NCBI GenBank assembly: GCA_900547565.1
Contig: URHI01000002.1
Coordinates: 793 to 64,792, forward strand
Direction of reading: 5' to 3'
DNA: 64,000 nt
Source: an uncultured Eubacteriales bacterium
GTDB taxonomy: Bacteria; Bacillota; Clostridia; Oscillospirales; CAG-272
Below the pieces are notes generated by a model. The model was not told the origin of the DNA and ran no database searches. It saw only the letters and a program-made list of their open reading frames with translations. The translations under genes and the position numbers were made by a program. Of this stretch, positions 43,152 through 52,723 are shown one piece after another (the stretch's first letter is position 1; each line of letters opens with the position of its first letter).

Positions 43152-44363
43152 TCATTTTGTAACTTTTGCTCCGCTAAGATAAAACTTTCTGCCCGACAGT
43201 ATGATCACCGACATTGCCAGAAGCAACACACCGGATGCGATCATCAGCAGTCGCAAGCAAATGACATCTGCCAGCGGTCCGAACACAGCCATCCCGAGCG
43301 GCAGAAAGCCGGAATACATCGCACCGAACAGACCAAACACTCTCCCCTGCATTTCCGGGGATGACTGTTCCTGTAAAAGCGTCGTCGAAGCGGTCTGTAC
43401 CATCGTCAGCGCCACACCGTAAAGTGCCATCAGGATGAGATAAACGACAAAATTATTAACGGAGCCCATGCCTATGGCAAGTGTGCCGAAGGCGATCAGA
43501 CCGACCACAAGTGTTTTCATGCGATTTTTAAAACCGCCCCACATGCCGATGAGGATGCCGCCTGCAGTCATGCCGATAAAGCCGATGACCTCCACCAACG
43601 TCATATACCAATAGGTATCTCCATAATACCGGTTTACGAACAGCGTCGCCATAAACCCTGCGGGAACACACAGGAATATGAATATCCCGAAAACAAGCAA
43701 CAGCCGACCGATAAACGCTTCTTTTACCGCATATACAATACCAATCTTCATCTCCGTCAACATCGACGGAGTATTCTCTTTTTTCTCAAACGGGATCGCC
43801 ATGGCGAGGAGTATTCCGATACCGACTATGGCAGTCGCAATATCTATCATCAGAGCTGCACGCAGCGTTCCCCATGAGAGAATGGCACCCGCCGCCGCAG
43901 GTGCCGCAAACTGTACGAGCGACTGTACTGTGGAATTGACCCCGTTAAACTTCATCAGCTTATCTTCCGGCACAAGCTGAGGGACAGCCGCGTTCACGGC
44001 GGGAGTCTGTATCCCCGTCCCGACAGAGCGAATTACCGATATTGCAACAAGCGACAGCATCACCGGAGTACCACCCGGAATCAGCGGGAACAGGACCGCA
44101 AGCATAAGCGTTGCCATGGCTATCAGCGCATCCGACAGGATGATCAGTTTTTTGCGTGAATACCTGTCCGCCCACACACCCGAAAAGAACGAGATCAAAA
44201 ATTGCGGAAGATAAGCCGCTACCGTCATGGCAGACACCCAAACGCCGGAAGAAGTCTGCATGGTGACATACCAGATCATCGCAAACTGCACAAGCGATGA
44301 ACCGAACAGCGTGATACCCTGACTTGTAAGGAAGAGTGCGGCCTTCTTTTTATAGTTGTTCAT
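43152..44363 (-). CDS. MFS transporter (drug/metabolite efflux type)
   Basis: Start moved to ATG 44363 (MNNYKKKAALF…), 8 nt after AGGAGG. 12 TM-like segments and the MFS loop motif GVWADRYSRKK. Confidence 0.9.
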   Translation of the reverse strand: MNNYKKKAALFLTSQGITLFGSSLVQFAMIWYVTMQTSSGVWVSAMTVAAYLPQFLISFFSGVWADRYSRKKLIILSDALIAMATLMLAVLFPLIPGGTPVMLSLVAISVIRSVGTGIQTPAVNAAVPQLVPEDKLMKFNGVNSTVQSLVQFAAPAAAGAILSWGTLRAALMIDIATAIVGIGILLAMAIPFEKKENTPSMLTEMKIGIVYAVKEAFIGRLLLVFGIFIFLCVPAGFMATLFVNRYYGDTYWYMTLVEVIGFIGMTAGGILIGMWGGFKNRMKTLVVGLIAFGTLAIGMGSVNNFVVYLILMALYGVALTMVQTASTTLLQEQSSPEMQGRVFGLFGAMYSGFLPLGMAVFGPLADVICLRLLMIASGVLLLAMSVIILSGRKFYLSGAKVTK

Positions 44364-44686
44364 ATACCCCACCTCCTTTTCTTTTACGCTAAGTATAGCA
44401 TAAAATCAAAGTTTGGTGTGATACTGTAGGGTTAAAAAGTTTCTCTCTTTTTTCGAAACATTGATCTGAGTTCAGATGAATCCGACAAAAGCAAAAATTT
44501 GCGCAAAAAATAAGGACCGCCATCTCGACATACTTTGTATCAAAATTACGGTTATCCGGGCAAAAGAAGAGGGATTCGCCTCCATATGGGGTTGCCCATT
44601 TGGAATAAAAAACCAAATTATTCTGCGGTATATGTACCAAAATACGTTTTCTCTTGACCCGTTCGACAGATCATGATAATGATATG

Positions 44687-45136
44687 TTATTTATTATCAA
44701 TCCCAGCTACACATTTCTCAAGGCTATTGCTTATGATGTTCAGGCAACGGTAGAATTCAATTCTTTCTTTCTCCGTCAGACCAACGCAGATCTCATCAAG
44801 CACATAATTGATTTTATCTGCAATCTTTTTGCCGACATCCTTACCCTTTTCGGTTAGAGACAGAGGACTTTTATATCGTTTTGCAAGCTTGGATTCACAG
44901 GTAATATAATTATTTTCTTCAAGATAATCAAGAGCGCGTGATATCGTAGCCTTGTCTTCCTCGCAGCGTTCACAAAGCTCTGTCGCCGTTAAGAAGCCCG
45001 CAGAATACAGATAGTACAAACAGGAAATATGAGCGCTGCGAAGTCCGTATTCTGCCATTTCCTGATTCTTGATTCTTCTGATGTTTCGACTGATCTTTGC
45101 AATCAATACCGTAAATGTCTCAAAGCGTTCTTTCAT
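44687..45136 (-). CDS. MarR-family transcriptional regulator
   Basis: Start moved to ATG 45136 (MKERFETF…), after AGGAG. The winged HTH is …GLRSAHISCLYYLYSAGFLTATELCERCEEDKATISRALDYLEE…. Confidence 0.9.
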   Translation of the reverse strand: MKERFETFTVLIAKISRNIRRIKNQEMAEYGLRSAHISCLYYLYSAGFLTATELCERCEEDKATISRALDYLEENNYITCESKLAKRYKSPLSLTEKGKDVGKKIADKINYVLDEICVGLTEKERIEFYRCLNIISNSLEKCVAGIDNK

Positions 45137-45161
45137 TTTCGACTCCTTTCGGATTCTGTTT

Positions 45162-46865
45162 TCAGTCAATCCGCGTATCGAGCTTGAATCTCATGATCTT
45201 ACGTAGCGTGTTTTTGGGAAAGTCCTCGCGACGCACCTTGAGCACGGATATCTTCTTATAAGGAACTGCCGTCTTGTTGTATTGATTGACTTGTCCCTGC
45301 AGATATGACTTTACGTCGGTAATTCCGTTCTTTTCGATATAATCTTTATCGGGAAATATCTCTGCAACTATTGCGTTATACTCCATACCTCTGCTGCTCT
45401 GTCCCTCATACACAATGATATCCTGTACACCGGGAACAGAGATCAGTTCGTTCTCAATTTCCTCGGGGTAAACATTTTTGCCGTTTGAAAGAATGATAAG
45501 GTTTTTCTTTCTGCCCGTGATATAGAGTATCCTATCCTTGGTCAGCTTGCCGTAATCTCCTGTTCTGAAATAGCCTTCTTCATCAATTGCTTCAGCAGTT
45601 GCTTCATCATTTTTATAATATCCGAGCATTACGTTGGGACCCTTTACACATATCTCGCCTTCGCCGTCCTCGTTGGGATCAAGTATCTTGACATCATCCA
45701 TATCAAGTACTGTGCCAACGCTTCCTTTTACAACATTACGGCTTCTGTTTACCGATATAAGAGGAGCGCACTCGGTAATACCGTATCCGTTAAGAACGGA
45801 AATACCCATTCCTTCGAAGAACTCAACTATATCCTGGTTTATGGGAGCACCACCTGTTACGATCATTTTGATCTCTCCCCCAAAAGCATTTCTTATTTGA
45901 GCAAAGAGAGTTTTTCTCATATCAAGAAGACCGAAGCTTGCTTTTCTTGTCATGTTGCTGATCTTCAGCATTTTATTCACAAGCTTATCCTTGCCTTGGT
46001 TCTTAAGATTTGCTTGAATTTTACGATAGAACGTTTCAAGATAGAGAGGAACTAAAATAAGATGTCCCGGCTTTTCGGACCTGAGCTCCTTTTGTACGTA
46101 CTTGAGTCCGTCAGAAATATACACCTCAGTTCCTATCATCACGTGTGCGATGAGCATGACCGTAGAACCGTATGTATGGTGTGGCGGAAGGACCGAAACC
46201 GTATTCTCCGCGAAATCAATATAGTGTATAATGTCAGCCATATCCCGGATAATGGAGTCTGTGCAAAGCATAACTCCCTTGCCCTTACCGGTGGTTCCGG
46301 AAGTATATACGAGCAGCGAAAGCTGTCTGTTGTCAAACTCAACGTCAAAATACGGTCTTTTATTTTGAGAGAACTTAACACGTCCGGAAGCTATCATAGC
46401 TTGAAGTCCTTGATCGCCTTGAGCACCAAAAAGGACTACGGGTGTATTGAGCGCACATATCCTGACGATCTCTTCACTCTTATCCGAAAGCTCGTAATCA
46501 CAAAACAGATAATCAATATCCGCATTTTTCGCAGTATCTGCAAGCTCAGCAGCTCCCCAATCCTTATCAAGAGGAACAAGAACTGCTCCGATGAGAAGCG
46601 TAGCATAATAGGTTACAATAAAATCATAGGACATTTTAGCAACAACGACAACATGCTTTCCGTTCATTCCTCGGGAAAGCATCTCCGTTGCGAGTGCTCT
46701 TACATCATCTCTAAACTCAATATAGCTAATGCTTATTTTTTCTTCATCGTGTGGGTCTTGCCTATAAGAGAAGGCGATACGATTGCCGTATGTTCTCGCA
46801 GCATACTCAACAATATGACGTATGCTCTTGAATTCTCTTTTTGGGTGTAATTGATCCTTATTCAT
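45162..46865 (-). CDS. AMP-dependent acyl-CoA synthetase (long-chain-fatty-acid-CoA ligase-like)
   Basis: 567 aa. AMP-binding motif LVYTSGTTGKGKGV, with GYGITEC and …TGDYG… also present. Confidence 0.9.
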   Translation of the reverse strand: MNKDQLHPKREFKSIRHIVEYAARTYGNRIAFSYRQDPHDEEKISISYIEFRDDVRALATEMLSRGMNGKHVVVVAKMSYDFIVTYYATLLIGAVLVPLDKDWGAAELADTAKNADIDYLFCDYELSDKSEEIVRICALNTPVVLFGAQGDQGLQAMIASGRVKFSQNKRPYFDVEFDNRQLSLLVYTSGTTGKGKGVMLCTDSIIRDMADIIHYIDFAENTVSVLPPHHTYGSTVMLIAHVMIGTEVYISDGLKYVQKELRSEKPGHLILVPLYLETFYRKIQANLKNQGKDKLVNKMLKISNMTRKASFGLLDMRKTLFAQIRNAFGGEIKMIVTGGAPINQDIVEFFEGMGISVLNGYGITECAPLISVNRSRNVVKGSVGTVLDMDDVKILDPNEDGEGEICVKGPNVMLGYYKNDEATAEAIDEEGYFRTGDYGKLTKDRILYITGRKKNLIILSNGKNVYPEEIENELISVPGVQDIIVYEGQSSRGMEYNAIVAEIFPDKDYIEKNGITDVKSYLQGQVNQYNKTAVPYKKISVLKVRREDFPKNTLRKIMRFKLDTRID

Positions 46866-46917
46866 TAGAAAACTCCTTACATGATCAAATTATTGCCAGG
46901 GCTTGCATTTGTTGAAT

Positions 46918-46964
46918 CTTCAACAAGCACCGCTATAGTATACCACATGCTTGTTGAAATGTCA
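46918..46964 (-). promoter_or_regulatory. Promoter of the acyl-CoA synthetase/marR operon embedded in an 11-bp inverted repeat (candidate MarR operator)
   Basis: Reverse strand: TTGACA (46964..46959), 17 nt, TATACT (46941..46936). The inverted repeat ttcaacaagca (46918..46928) / tgcttgttgaa (46947..46957) brackets the -10 box. Confidence 0.55.
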
Positions 46965-46975
46965 ACATTTATTTC

Positions 46976-47018
46976 GATATTGACATTTTTAAAATTTCTA
47001 TATTGACATTTTTAAAAT
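46976..47018. repeat. Two exact 20-bp direct repeats, 23-bp period
   Basis: atattgacatttttaaaatt at 46976..46995 and again at 46999..47018. Confidence 0.9.
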
Positions 47019-47140
47019 TCATATCGTTTTATTTTCTTTATTTTTTCGCTATATCTTTTGGTTTACCCCAACATTCATTACAGAACAAAAAAATAACGAC
47101 ATCGCCGAAGGCTCTGAAAAATTAGCGGTAAACTAAAAAT

Positions 47141-47254
47141 CCTTCCCCAGTGGGGGAAGGGGGACGCGTTAGCAGTGGATGAGGTGTTAAAACAAACGAA
47201 ACATACTCCTCATCCGTCAGCCTTCGGTTGCCACCTTCTCCCACAGGAGAAGGC
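47141..47254. repeat. GC-rich palindromic interspersed element, copy A
   Basis: Hairpins ccttcccc-agt-ggggaagg (47141..47160), ggatgagg…cctcatcc, and ccttctcc-caca-ggagaagg (47234..47253) followed by TTTTTT. Collinear with copy B. Confidence 0.7.
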
Positions 47255-47275
47255 TTTTTTGATATACTGAAAGCA

Positions 47276-47301
47276 AATAAAAGCCCCGCGTAAGGCGGGG
47301 C
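47276..47301 (-). terminator. Intrinsic terminator of the XRE-TPR gene
   Basis: Reverse strand: gccccgc-cttac-gcggggc followed by TTTTA, starting 6 nt after the stop codon. Confidence 0.7.
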
Positions 47302-47306
47302 GAGGA

Positions 47307-48362
47307 TTACAGCTCTGCAAGCCGTTCTTTGATGTTCAAATAGCGAGGCATATCCTTGATCGAGGCAAACACCGCATCATTATTATTGAGATATCTCAAA
47401 TAAACGTGACCGAGCGTTTCTGTGCTGCTCTTGGCAATATTGGTTTGATCGATTTTAATTCTATTGACAAGCAAGGACGAATGCGAAATATTAGTAAAGG
47501 TTTGTTCCTTTTCGATATGAGCAAGCATTTGTTCAAGCTCGCAGGTGGCTCTTTCAAACGCTTCTGCCTTTCCGCTTTCCAGTGCCATAAAGAAGTTGAT
47601 TCGAGCCAAGCGGTCATGCCAAAATCCGAAATCTTTATTTGGGAAAATCATATGGAACATATTATAAAGCGTTTCCCACATTGCATGTTTTTCTTCGTGA
47701 GTATATTCGGCGTCTGTGCAATCAAGCAAGTACTTCATATAGAGGTACATTCTGTCACAAACCTTCCAGAAATAATTCTGACAATGCTCAACAAGCTCAT
47801 TACCTTCTAAAACGTGTAAGTGTAGATCTTCTGTCGGAGGAATCATATCCGCATACTGTAAAGCTTTAGCTCTGTTACCCTTGTGCAAATAGGTAAAGCA
47901 CAGACCGCGAATGGCTCCCATTCGATATTCCATATTTGTGGATTCCATGAGCTGTTCACCGAGCATAACAATCTCATCAAAGCTTTCGTCGATATATCCA
48001 TTTTGCAATACTCTCATCAAGTAGTAACGCACGGTTTCATCGTTCGGATATTTTTTCTGCATTGAACGGCATAGATTTAATCTTTCTTCAGTTTTTCCTT
48101 GACTGTGAAATTCATGGTACTTGGCTGTAAATTCCTTGATCTCAGATTGCTTTTTACTCTTGGCAATATCGATTTCAAGAAGGACATCAGCACTAACCTC
48201 AAAAATATTTGCTAACACGGGAAGGTGTGAAATATCGGGAGCGGTCTTGTCACATTCCCATTGGGAAACAGCATTGGTGGATACACCGAGTAATTCGGCA
48301 AGTTGTTCTTGCGTAATATTTCTGTCGCGTCGCAGTTTTTTAATTGTTGTTCCGATAGACAT
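47307..48362 (-). CDS. XRE-family HTH regulator with a C-terminal TPR-like helical domain (RNPP-like architecture)
   Basis: MSIGTTIKKLRRDRNITQEQLAELLGVSTNAVSQWE is a Cro/C1 HTH. The ~280-aa all-helical repeat region contains …ALQYADMI…. Confidence 0.85.
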   Translation of the reverse strand: MSIGTTIKKLRRDRNITQEQLAELLGVSTNAVSQWECDKTAPDISHLPVLANIFEVSADVLLEIDIAKSKKQSEIKEFTAKYHEFHSQGKTEERLNLCRSMQKKYPNDETVRYYLMRVLQNGYIDESFDEIVMLGEQLMESTNMEYRMGAIRGLCFTYLHKGNRAKALQYADMIPPTEDLHLHVLEGNELVEHCQNYFWKVCDRMYLYMKYLLDCTDAEYTHEEKHAMWETLYNMFHMIFPNKDFGFWHDRLARINFFMALESGKAEAFERATCELEQMLAHIEKEQTFTNISHSSLLVNRIKIDQTNIAKSSTETLGHVYLRYLNNNDAVFASIKDMPRYLNIKERLAEL

Positions 48363-48546
48363 AATATTCTCCTTTGTAATAATTCAAAAGCGCTTTTGTA
48401 CCCTAATTATACATTTCCTTTAAGAATTTTTACACCAAGCATTTAACCAGCATAATTAAATCAAGGCTTTAATTATTACAGTAACAGTTTAACATAAAAA
48501 GATAAAAAAGTCAAATTACGAACTCTCATTTTTCCGCTTTTCCGAC

Positions 48547-48772
48547 GCTTGCGTCTCGGGCAAGCATAGCGCGTGGCAGTCCGCGCACCATTGGGCAGAA
48601 GCCCGAACCCACTATCCGCAGAGGAATGACACGCAAAAGCCTTCCTCCGGGAGGAAGGTGGCACGCGCAGCGTGACGGAAGGAGCCCGCGGAACTTTGGT
48701 TTTACACGAGCTTTTCGGTAACGCGCTCTCCCTCAGTCGCCTGCGGCGACAGCTCCCTCCCGGAGGGAGCCT
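48547..48772. repeat. GC-rich palindromic interspersed element, copy B (longer)
   Basis: Hairpins gcttgc…gcaagc, gcgcg…cgcgc, ccttcctc-cgg-gaggaagg (48640..48658), and gctccctc-ccg-gagggagc (48752..48770). The segment tggcacgcgcagcgtgacggaaggag aligns with gggacgcgttagcagtggatgaggtg of copy A. Confidence 0.7.
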
Positions 48773-48884
48773 TTCAAATAATTCATCCCGATAGAAAAAC
48801 ACCACCAAAGAAAATTCCTTAGTGGTGTTCGTGTTTTCTCCGCTAAAGATGCATAGCAGAGGCGGTGTCGTTATTGCTTTTATA

Positions 48885-49994
48885 TTATTTGAATGCCTTC
48901 TGATTCAGAACGAGCGCGCTGTAGATAAATAGAACATCCTTGCCTTCAAAGTCGATAAGCTGACCGAGATAGTCCGGCACAACATAACGTATATCTACAA
49001 CATATATGCTCTTATATCCCTCTGCAAGAAGAGGCGTAAGACTTGAGCCGAAGGAATCGCGGAAGACGACCAATTCCTTATCGGTCGTGGCATTAGGATT
49101 GTCGATACGCAGAAGCGCACGCGTACCGGAAAGGAAAACATCATAGCCGTCTGTTCCCTCGAACAGCTCGAGATTGTATATACTGCCTGTCTTGCCTGTC
49201 TCGTAGTCATAGACGGTGCAAGCGTTCAGGATATCGTTGGTCAGATAGACAAGTGTATCCGGCTTCGGATGAAGCGCGCTCTGACCGTAATACACGCCCT
49301 TGAAGCCTTCCAAACGGTTTTCGGTGTAGTTACCCGATAGGCTGTCCGAAACGCCGAGAGCGGCGGCCAGCTTATCTACAACGGCGGATATTTTGTCCTG
49401 ACTCCAGTGAGTGTCAGTACGGTAATAATCCTCCAGCTTTAGGCAATCGAAAATGTCAATGTATTCAGCCTCCGGAAGCGCCGCCTGAAACTTTTCGGCA
49501 AGTGCTTCATAGTCCGGAGACGGATAACCGTAATCTCTGCCGAGATAGTAGTTCTTATCCGGAACTAAAGAAATATAAGTCTTGCAGCCATTGTTGATCA
49601 GAAACTTTGTATTGATGTACTGAAGTCTCGACAGCGAGTAATCGACAAGCTCATCGGTAAATGCCGGATCGATCTTTGCAATATAATTATTCTGGAAAGC
49701 GAGACCGTTATACTCCTTCAGATGGAGGACGTTGATCTGATAGTTTGCCTTCAGAGAGCGGAAGAACTCACGGAATGGGAACTGATCGACGGTATAGTCT
49801 TCGAATTCCTCTATGACCGTTTTATCAATAATTCCCTCCCACGTGATATCGGTCGGGAACTGGGCAAGCGGACGGCGCTCTGACTCGGACATCTCGACGG
49901 GATTGAAAAACTGAATTGCGCAAAAGACAGCAAAAAATGCGATAAAGACGCAGAAGGTCACTGTTACAACAATATTTCTAATTGAATTTTTCAT
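48885..49994 (-). CDS. DHHW-family (AlgX/AlgJ-like SGNH) membrane-anchored protein, MBOAT partner
   Basis: N-terminal TM anchor and YYRTDTHWSQ (D-x-H-W motif). It lies immediately downstream of the MBOAT gene. Confidence 0.75.
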   Translation of the reverse strand: MKNSIRNIVVTVTFCVFIAFFAVFCAIQFFNPVEMSESERRPLAQFPTDITWEGIIDKTVIEEFEDYTVDQFPFREFFRSLKANYQINVLHLKEYNGLAFQNNYIAKIDPAFTDELVDYSLSRLQYINTKFLINNGCKTYISLVPDKNYYLGRDYGYPSPDYEALAEKFQAALPEAEYIDIFDCLKLEDYYRTDTHWSQDKISAVVDKLAAALGVSDSLSGNYTENRLEGFKGVYYGQSALHPKPDTLVYLTNDILNACTVYDYETGKTGSIYNLELFEGTDGYDVFLSGTRALLRIDNPNATTDKELVVFRDSFGSSLTPLLAEGYKSIYVVDIRYVVPDYLGQLIDFEGKDVLFIYSALVLNQKAFK

Positions 49995-50008
49995 AATAAC
50001 CCTCCTTA

Positions 50009-51412
50009 TCAGAATCTAAAGTAGAGGAACGGGCTGAACGAACCGTCAACGAAATACGCGGTGGTGATCAGCAGGACCGCTACATGGAATACCGGTTCAA
50101 GCACATTGATAACACGGCATATATTCGCCTTCTCCTTGAGCTTGAGAATAGCGTTCTTTACCAACGGCGTTGCTCCGACGATCGCAATTATCAGGACAAA
50201 AATATAACTCAGCAGATTGTAGGTTGTCTCGCTCGACCAGAACGGCAGGTTCGCTGCGCCGAACATACTTCCGAGGTCGGAGATAGCACCGGACATACCC
50301 ACACCGTGAAAGATGACAAAGCTGATAAGGATTGCTATAGTTACGTAAATGTGCGAGAAAAATCGGGGAAGCTTTGCGAAAAACTTGTTGAGAACAAATT
50401 TTTCAAGGACGAGGAATACTGCAAAATAAAGTCCCCAAACGATAAACGTCCAGTCTGCACCGTGCCAGAAGCCTGTTAAGAACCAGACGACAAGAATATT
50501 GAACATCCAGCGAAGCACCGGAACACGGTTGCCGCCCAGCGGAATATAGACATAATCTCTGAACCATGAACCGAGCGAAATATGCCATCTTCTCCAGAAC
50601 TCAGCTACATTGCGGGATATAAAAGGATAGTTGAAGTTCTCGAGAAAATGGAATCCGAAGATACGGCCGAGACCGATCGCCATATCCGAATAGCCGGAAA
50701 AATCAAAATAGGTATAGAGAGAAATTGAGATGGCATAAAGCCACATTCCTCCGACAGACGCTTCATTCATTGTGTGAAGAGAAGTCGCCATAGCGTAAAG
50801 AGTATCTGCGATCAGCACCTTTTTGCCAAGTCCTATGATAAAACGATTTACGCCATAGGAGAAGTTCTCAAAAGAGTGCTTACGGTTTGAAAGCTCTTCT
50901 TCAACCGTCGTATAGCGGACGATAGGTCCGGCGATAAGCTGAGGAAAGAGCGCGACATATGTTGCGAGACGAATAAAGCTCTTCTGAACCTTAGCTTCCC
51001 CGCGATATACGTCTATTGTGTAGCTGAGAGTCTGGAAGGTATAGAAGGAAATACCGATAGGAAGCGCCAGACCCAAAAACGATATTTTCGTGTGGAAAAT
51101 GCTGTTTACATTGCTTATAAAGAAGTCCGAATACTTGAAGAATCCAAGCACCAGAACACTTGTGATAACCGAGGACCAAAGGAATACCTTTGACAGTTTT
51201 CGCCCGCGGAAGTGATCAATAAGAAGACCGTGGATATAGCTGGAAAAGGCTGTCCCGAGCATGAGCAATGTGTATACGGGCTCACCGTAGAAGTAGAATG
51301 CCAAGCTGGCAACAAGCAGCACAAGGTTCTTGAATTTGAACGGTACGATAAAATAAATTATCAGCGATGCTGCAAGGAAGTAATAGAGAAAGCTGATACT
51401 TGAGAAAAGCAA
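50009..51412 (-). CDS. MBOAT-family membrane-bound O-acyltransferase (AlgI/DltB-like)
   Basis: 467 aa, polytopic. TTG start 7 nt after GGGGAGG. MLFSSISFLYYFL…, FWRRWHISLGSWFRDYVYIPLGGNR and the catalytic-His region FLTGFWHGA. Confidence 0.9.
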   Translation of the reverse strand: MLFSSISFLYYFLAASLIIYFIVPFKFKNLVLLVASLAFYFYGEPVYTLLMLGTAFSSYIHGLLIDHFRGRKLSKVFLWSSVITSVLVLGFFKYSDFFISNVNSIFHTKISFLGLALPIGISFYTFQTLSYTIDVYRGEAKVQKSFIRLATYVALFPQLIAGPIVRYTTVEEELSNRKHSFENFSYGVNRFIIGLGKKVLIADTLYAMATSLHTMNEASVGGMWLYAISISLYTYFDFSGYSDMAIGLGRIFGFHFLENFNYPFISRNVAEFWRRWHISLGSWFRDYVYIPLGGNRVPVLRWMFNILVVWFLTGFWHGADWTFIVWGLYFAVFLVLEKFVLNKFFAKLPRFFSHIYVTIAILISFVIFHGVGMSGAISDLGSMFGAANLPFWSSETTYNLLSYIFVLIIAIVGATPLVKNAILKLKEKANICRVINVLEPVFHVAVLLITTAYFVDGSFSPFLYFRF

Positions 51413-51500
51413 AGGTATACCTCCCCTTGTCGGAATTAGTCAAGTGTTTTCATTAAATCGGGGAAGGCTTTGTGCCATCCCCGGTATGTTTTTAAGAGAA

Positions 51501-52109
51501 TCAGTTAACGCCGGCAGGGCACATTACGAAGAAAACGTAATTGCCGCAAGAACCTGCAACAGTCTGATCTGCCTCAACGCAGATATTCCAACGGGGGTTG
51601 GCGGAATCGGTAAGATTCTTGACGAACGCCGCGACATCAGAGCCTTCCTCAAGCTGGAAAATATAGCCTATGAAAGGAATGGAACCAATCATCGGACCAA
51701 ATGTAAAGCCCGACTTGAAGCCCTTGATCTCAGTATTGTCAAATCCGCCAAGGTATCCGGGTTCAATTTCTGCTACCATTTTCATAAACTGAATTTCAGG
51801 TATAGAAGAAACAGCGTTTGCGATCTCTTCGGTGGTTGCAGAGGAATTAGCCTTGCAAGTGTCAACAAAGCTTGCCCAGAGCTTACCGCCGAGAGTATTC
51901 TCGTCAACGGTGGGAACTACATCATCGGGAGTCTCGACAACTGTCGTGTCCTCGACTGTAGATGTGTCTACGGGGGTTGCTGAGGTCGTATCAGCGGGGG
52001 TGGTTGTATCAGCGGGGGTGGTTGTATCATCACCGTTGTTGCCGTTACCGCAAGATACGAGGACTACGAGCATAATTGCCGCAAGAATAATTGCTACGAT
52101 TTTTTTCAT
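51501..52109 (-). CDS. Lipoprotein of unknown function (possibly DUF4358-like)
   Basis: Lipobox LVSCGNG and a Thr/Pro-rich linker (TTTPADTTTPADTT). The C-terminal domain ends …GNYVFFVMCPAGVN. The DUF4358 assignment is from memory of similar gene neighbourhoods only. Confidence 0.6.
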   Translation of the reverse strand: MKKIVAIILAAIMLVVLVSCGNGNNGDDTTTPADTTTPADTTSATPVDTSTVEDTTVVETPDDVVPTVDENTLGGKLWASFVDTCKANSSATTEEIANAVSSIPEIQFMKMVAEIEPGYLGGFDNTEIKGFKSGFTFGPMIGSIPFIGYIFQLEEGSDVAAFVKNLTDSANPRWNICVEADQTVAGSCGNYVFFVMCPAGVN

Positions 52110-52128
52110 TTTGGGAATCTCCTGTTTT

Positions 52129-52704
52129 TTAATTATTTTTTTGATTTACAAGATTAATGTACCACTGTTCAATATTTTCGCCTTTTGTAAGAACGATATC
52201 ATAACCACGATCGGTTGAAATCGTGACGTCCGACATCTCATCCGTCAGTGGCAAACGGATGATTGTCTTCCCTTCTGCCATATAACCGTCGCCCGTGTGA
52301 ACGATATCGCCGTCATCGTTTATAACGATCATTTCAGCCGTCGAGCAAGAGAGCTTTGTTGCTTTACTAAAGCTGAATGCCAGCTCGATCGGGTAAGAGT
52401 AGGACGATTTGGCAGGTTGATAAGTCTGACTGTGTGTGCCGATAGAAATATCGCGAGGCTCAGGAACAACGATCGTCAATTCTCTGGGTTCGCGGGTCAG
52501 CTTTTGACCATCCAAAAGGATAAGGTCCTGCTTCCCGGCCAGGATAAATATTCCGACAACAAGAATAAGACACGCCGCAAGGCTTCCGAACCTTGTAAAG
52601 GAACGCAGGATTCGCGCTTTGCGGTCAATCCTTGTAATATTCGCTTCGTCAATCAGTCGATCGTCGATGTTTGTCATGGCTCTTGCCATTTTTTCGTTTT
52701 TCAT
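52129..52704 (-). CDS. Single-pass membrane protein, probable anti-sigma factor
   Basis: The cytoplasmic N-terminus is …MTNIDDRLIDEA…, with one TM (FGSLAACLILVVGIFILAG) and an extracytoplasmic domain. It starts 19 nt after the sigma-factor gene. Confidence 0.55.
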   Translation of the reverse strand: MKNEKMARAMTNIDDRLIDEANITRIDRKARILRSFTRFGSLAACLILVVGIFILAGKQDLILLDGQKLTREPRELTIVVPEPRDISIGTHSQTYQPAKSSYSYPIELAFSFSKATKLSCSTAEMIVINDDGDIVHTGDGYMAEGKTIIRLPLTDEMSDVTISTDRGYDIVLTKGENIEQWYINLVNQKNN

Positions 52705-52723
52705 GGTAATACAACGTACTTTT

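Noticed and set aside
46976-47018. A CRISPR array, considering the direct repeats here and the tandem repeats at 24487..24606 and 35533..35680.
   Set aside because: There are only two 20-bp copies with a 3-bp spacer here. The other two tracts are in-frame coding repeats. There are no spacers and no cas genes in the window.
47049-47102. A 17-codon reverse-strand ORF (MSLFFCSVMNVGVNQKI) downstream of the XRE-TPR gene, as a possible SHP-like signalling peptide.
   Set aside because: It has no SD, lies beyond the regulator's terminator and repeat element, is very short, and I cannot assess its conservation. It is indistinguishable from chance.
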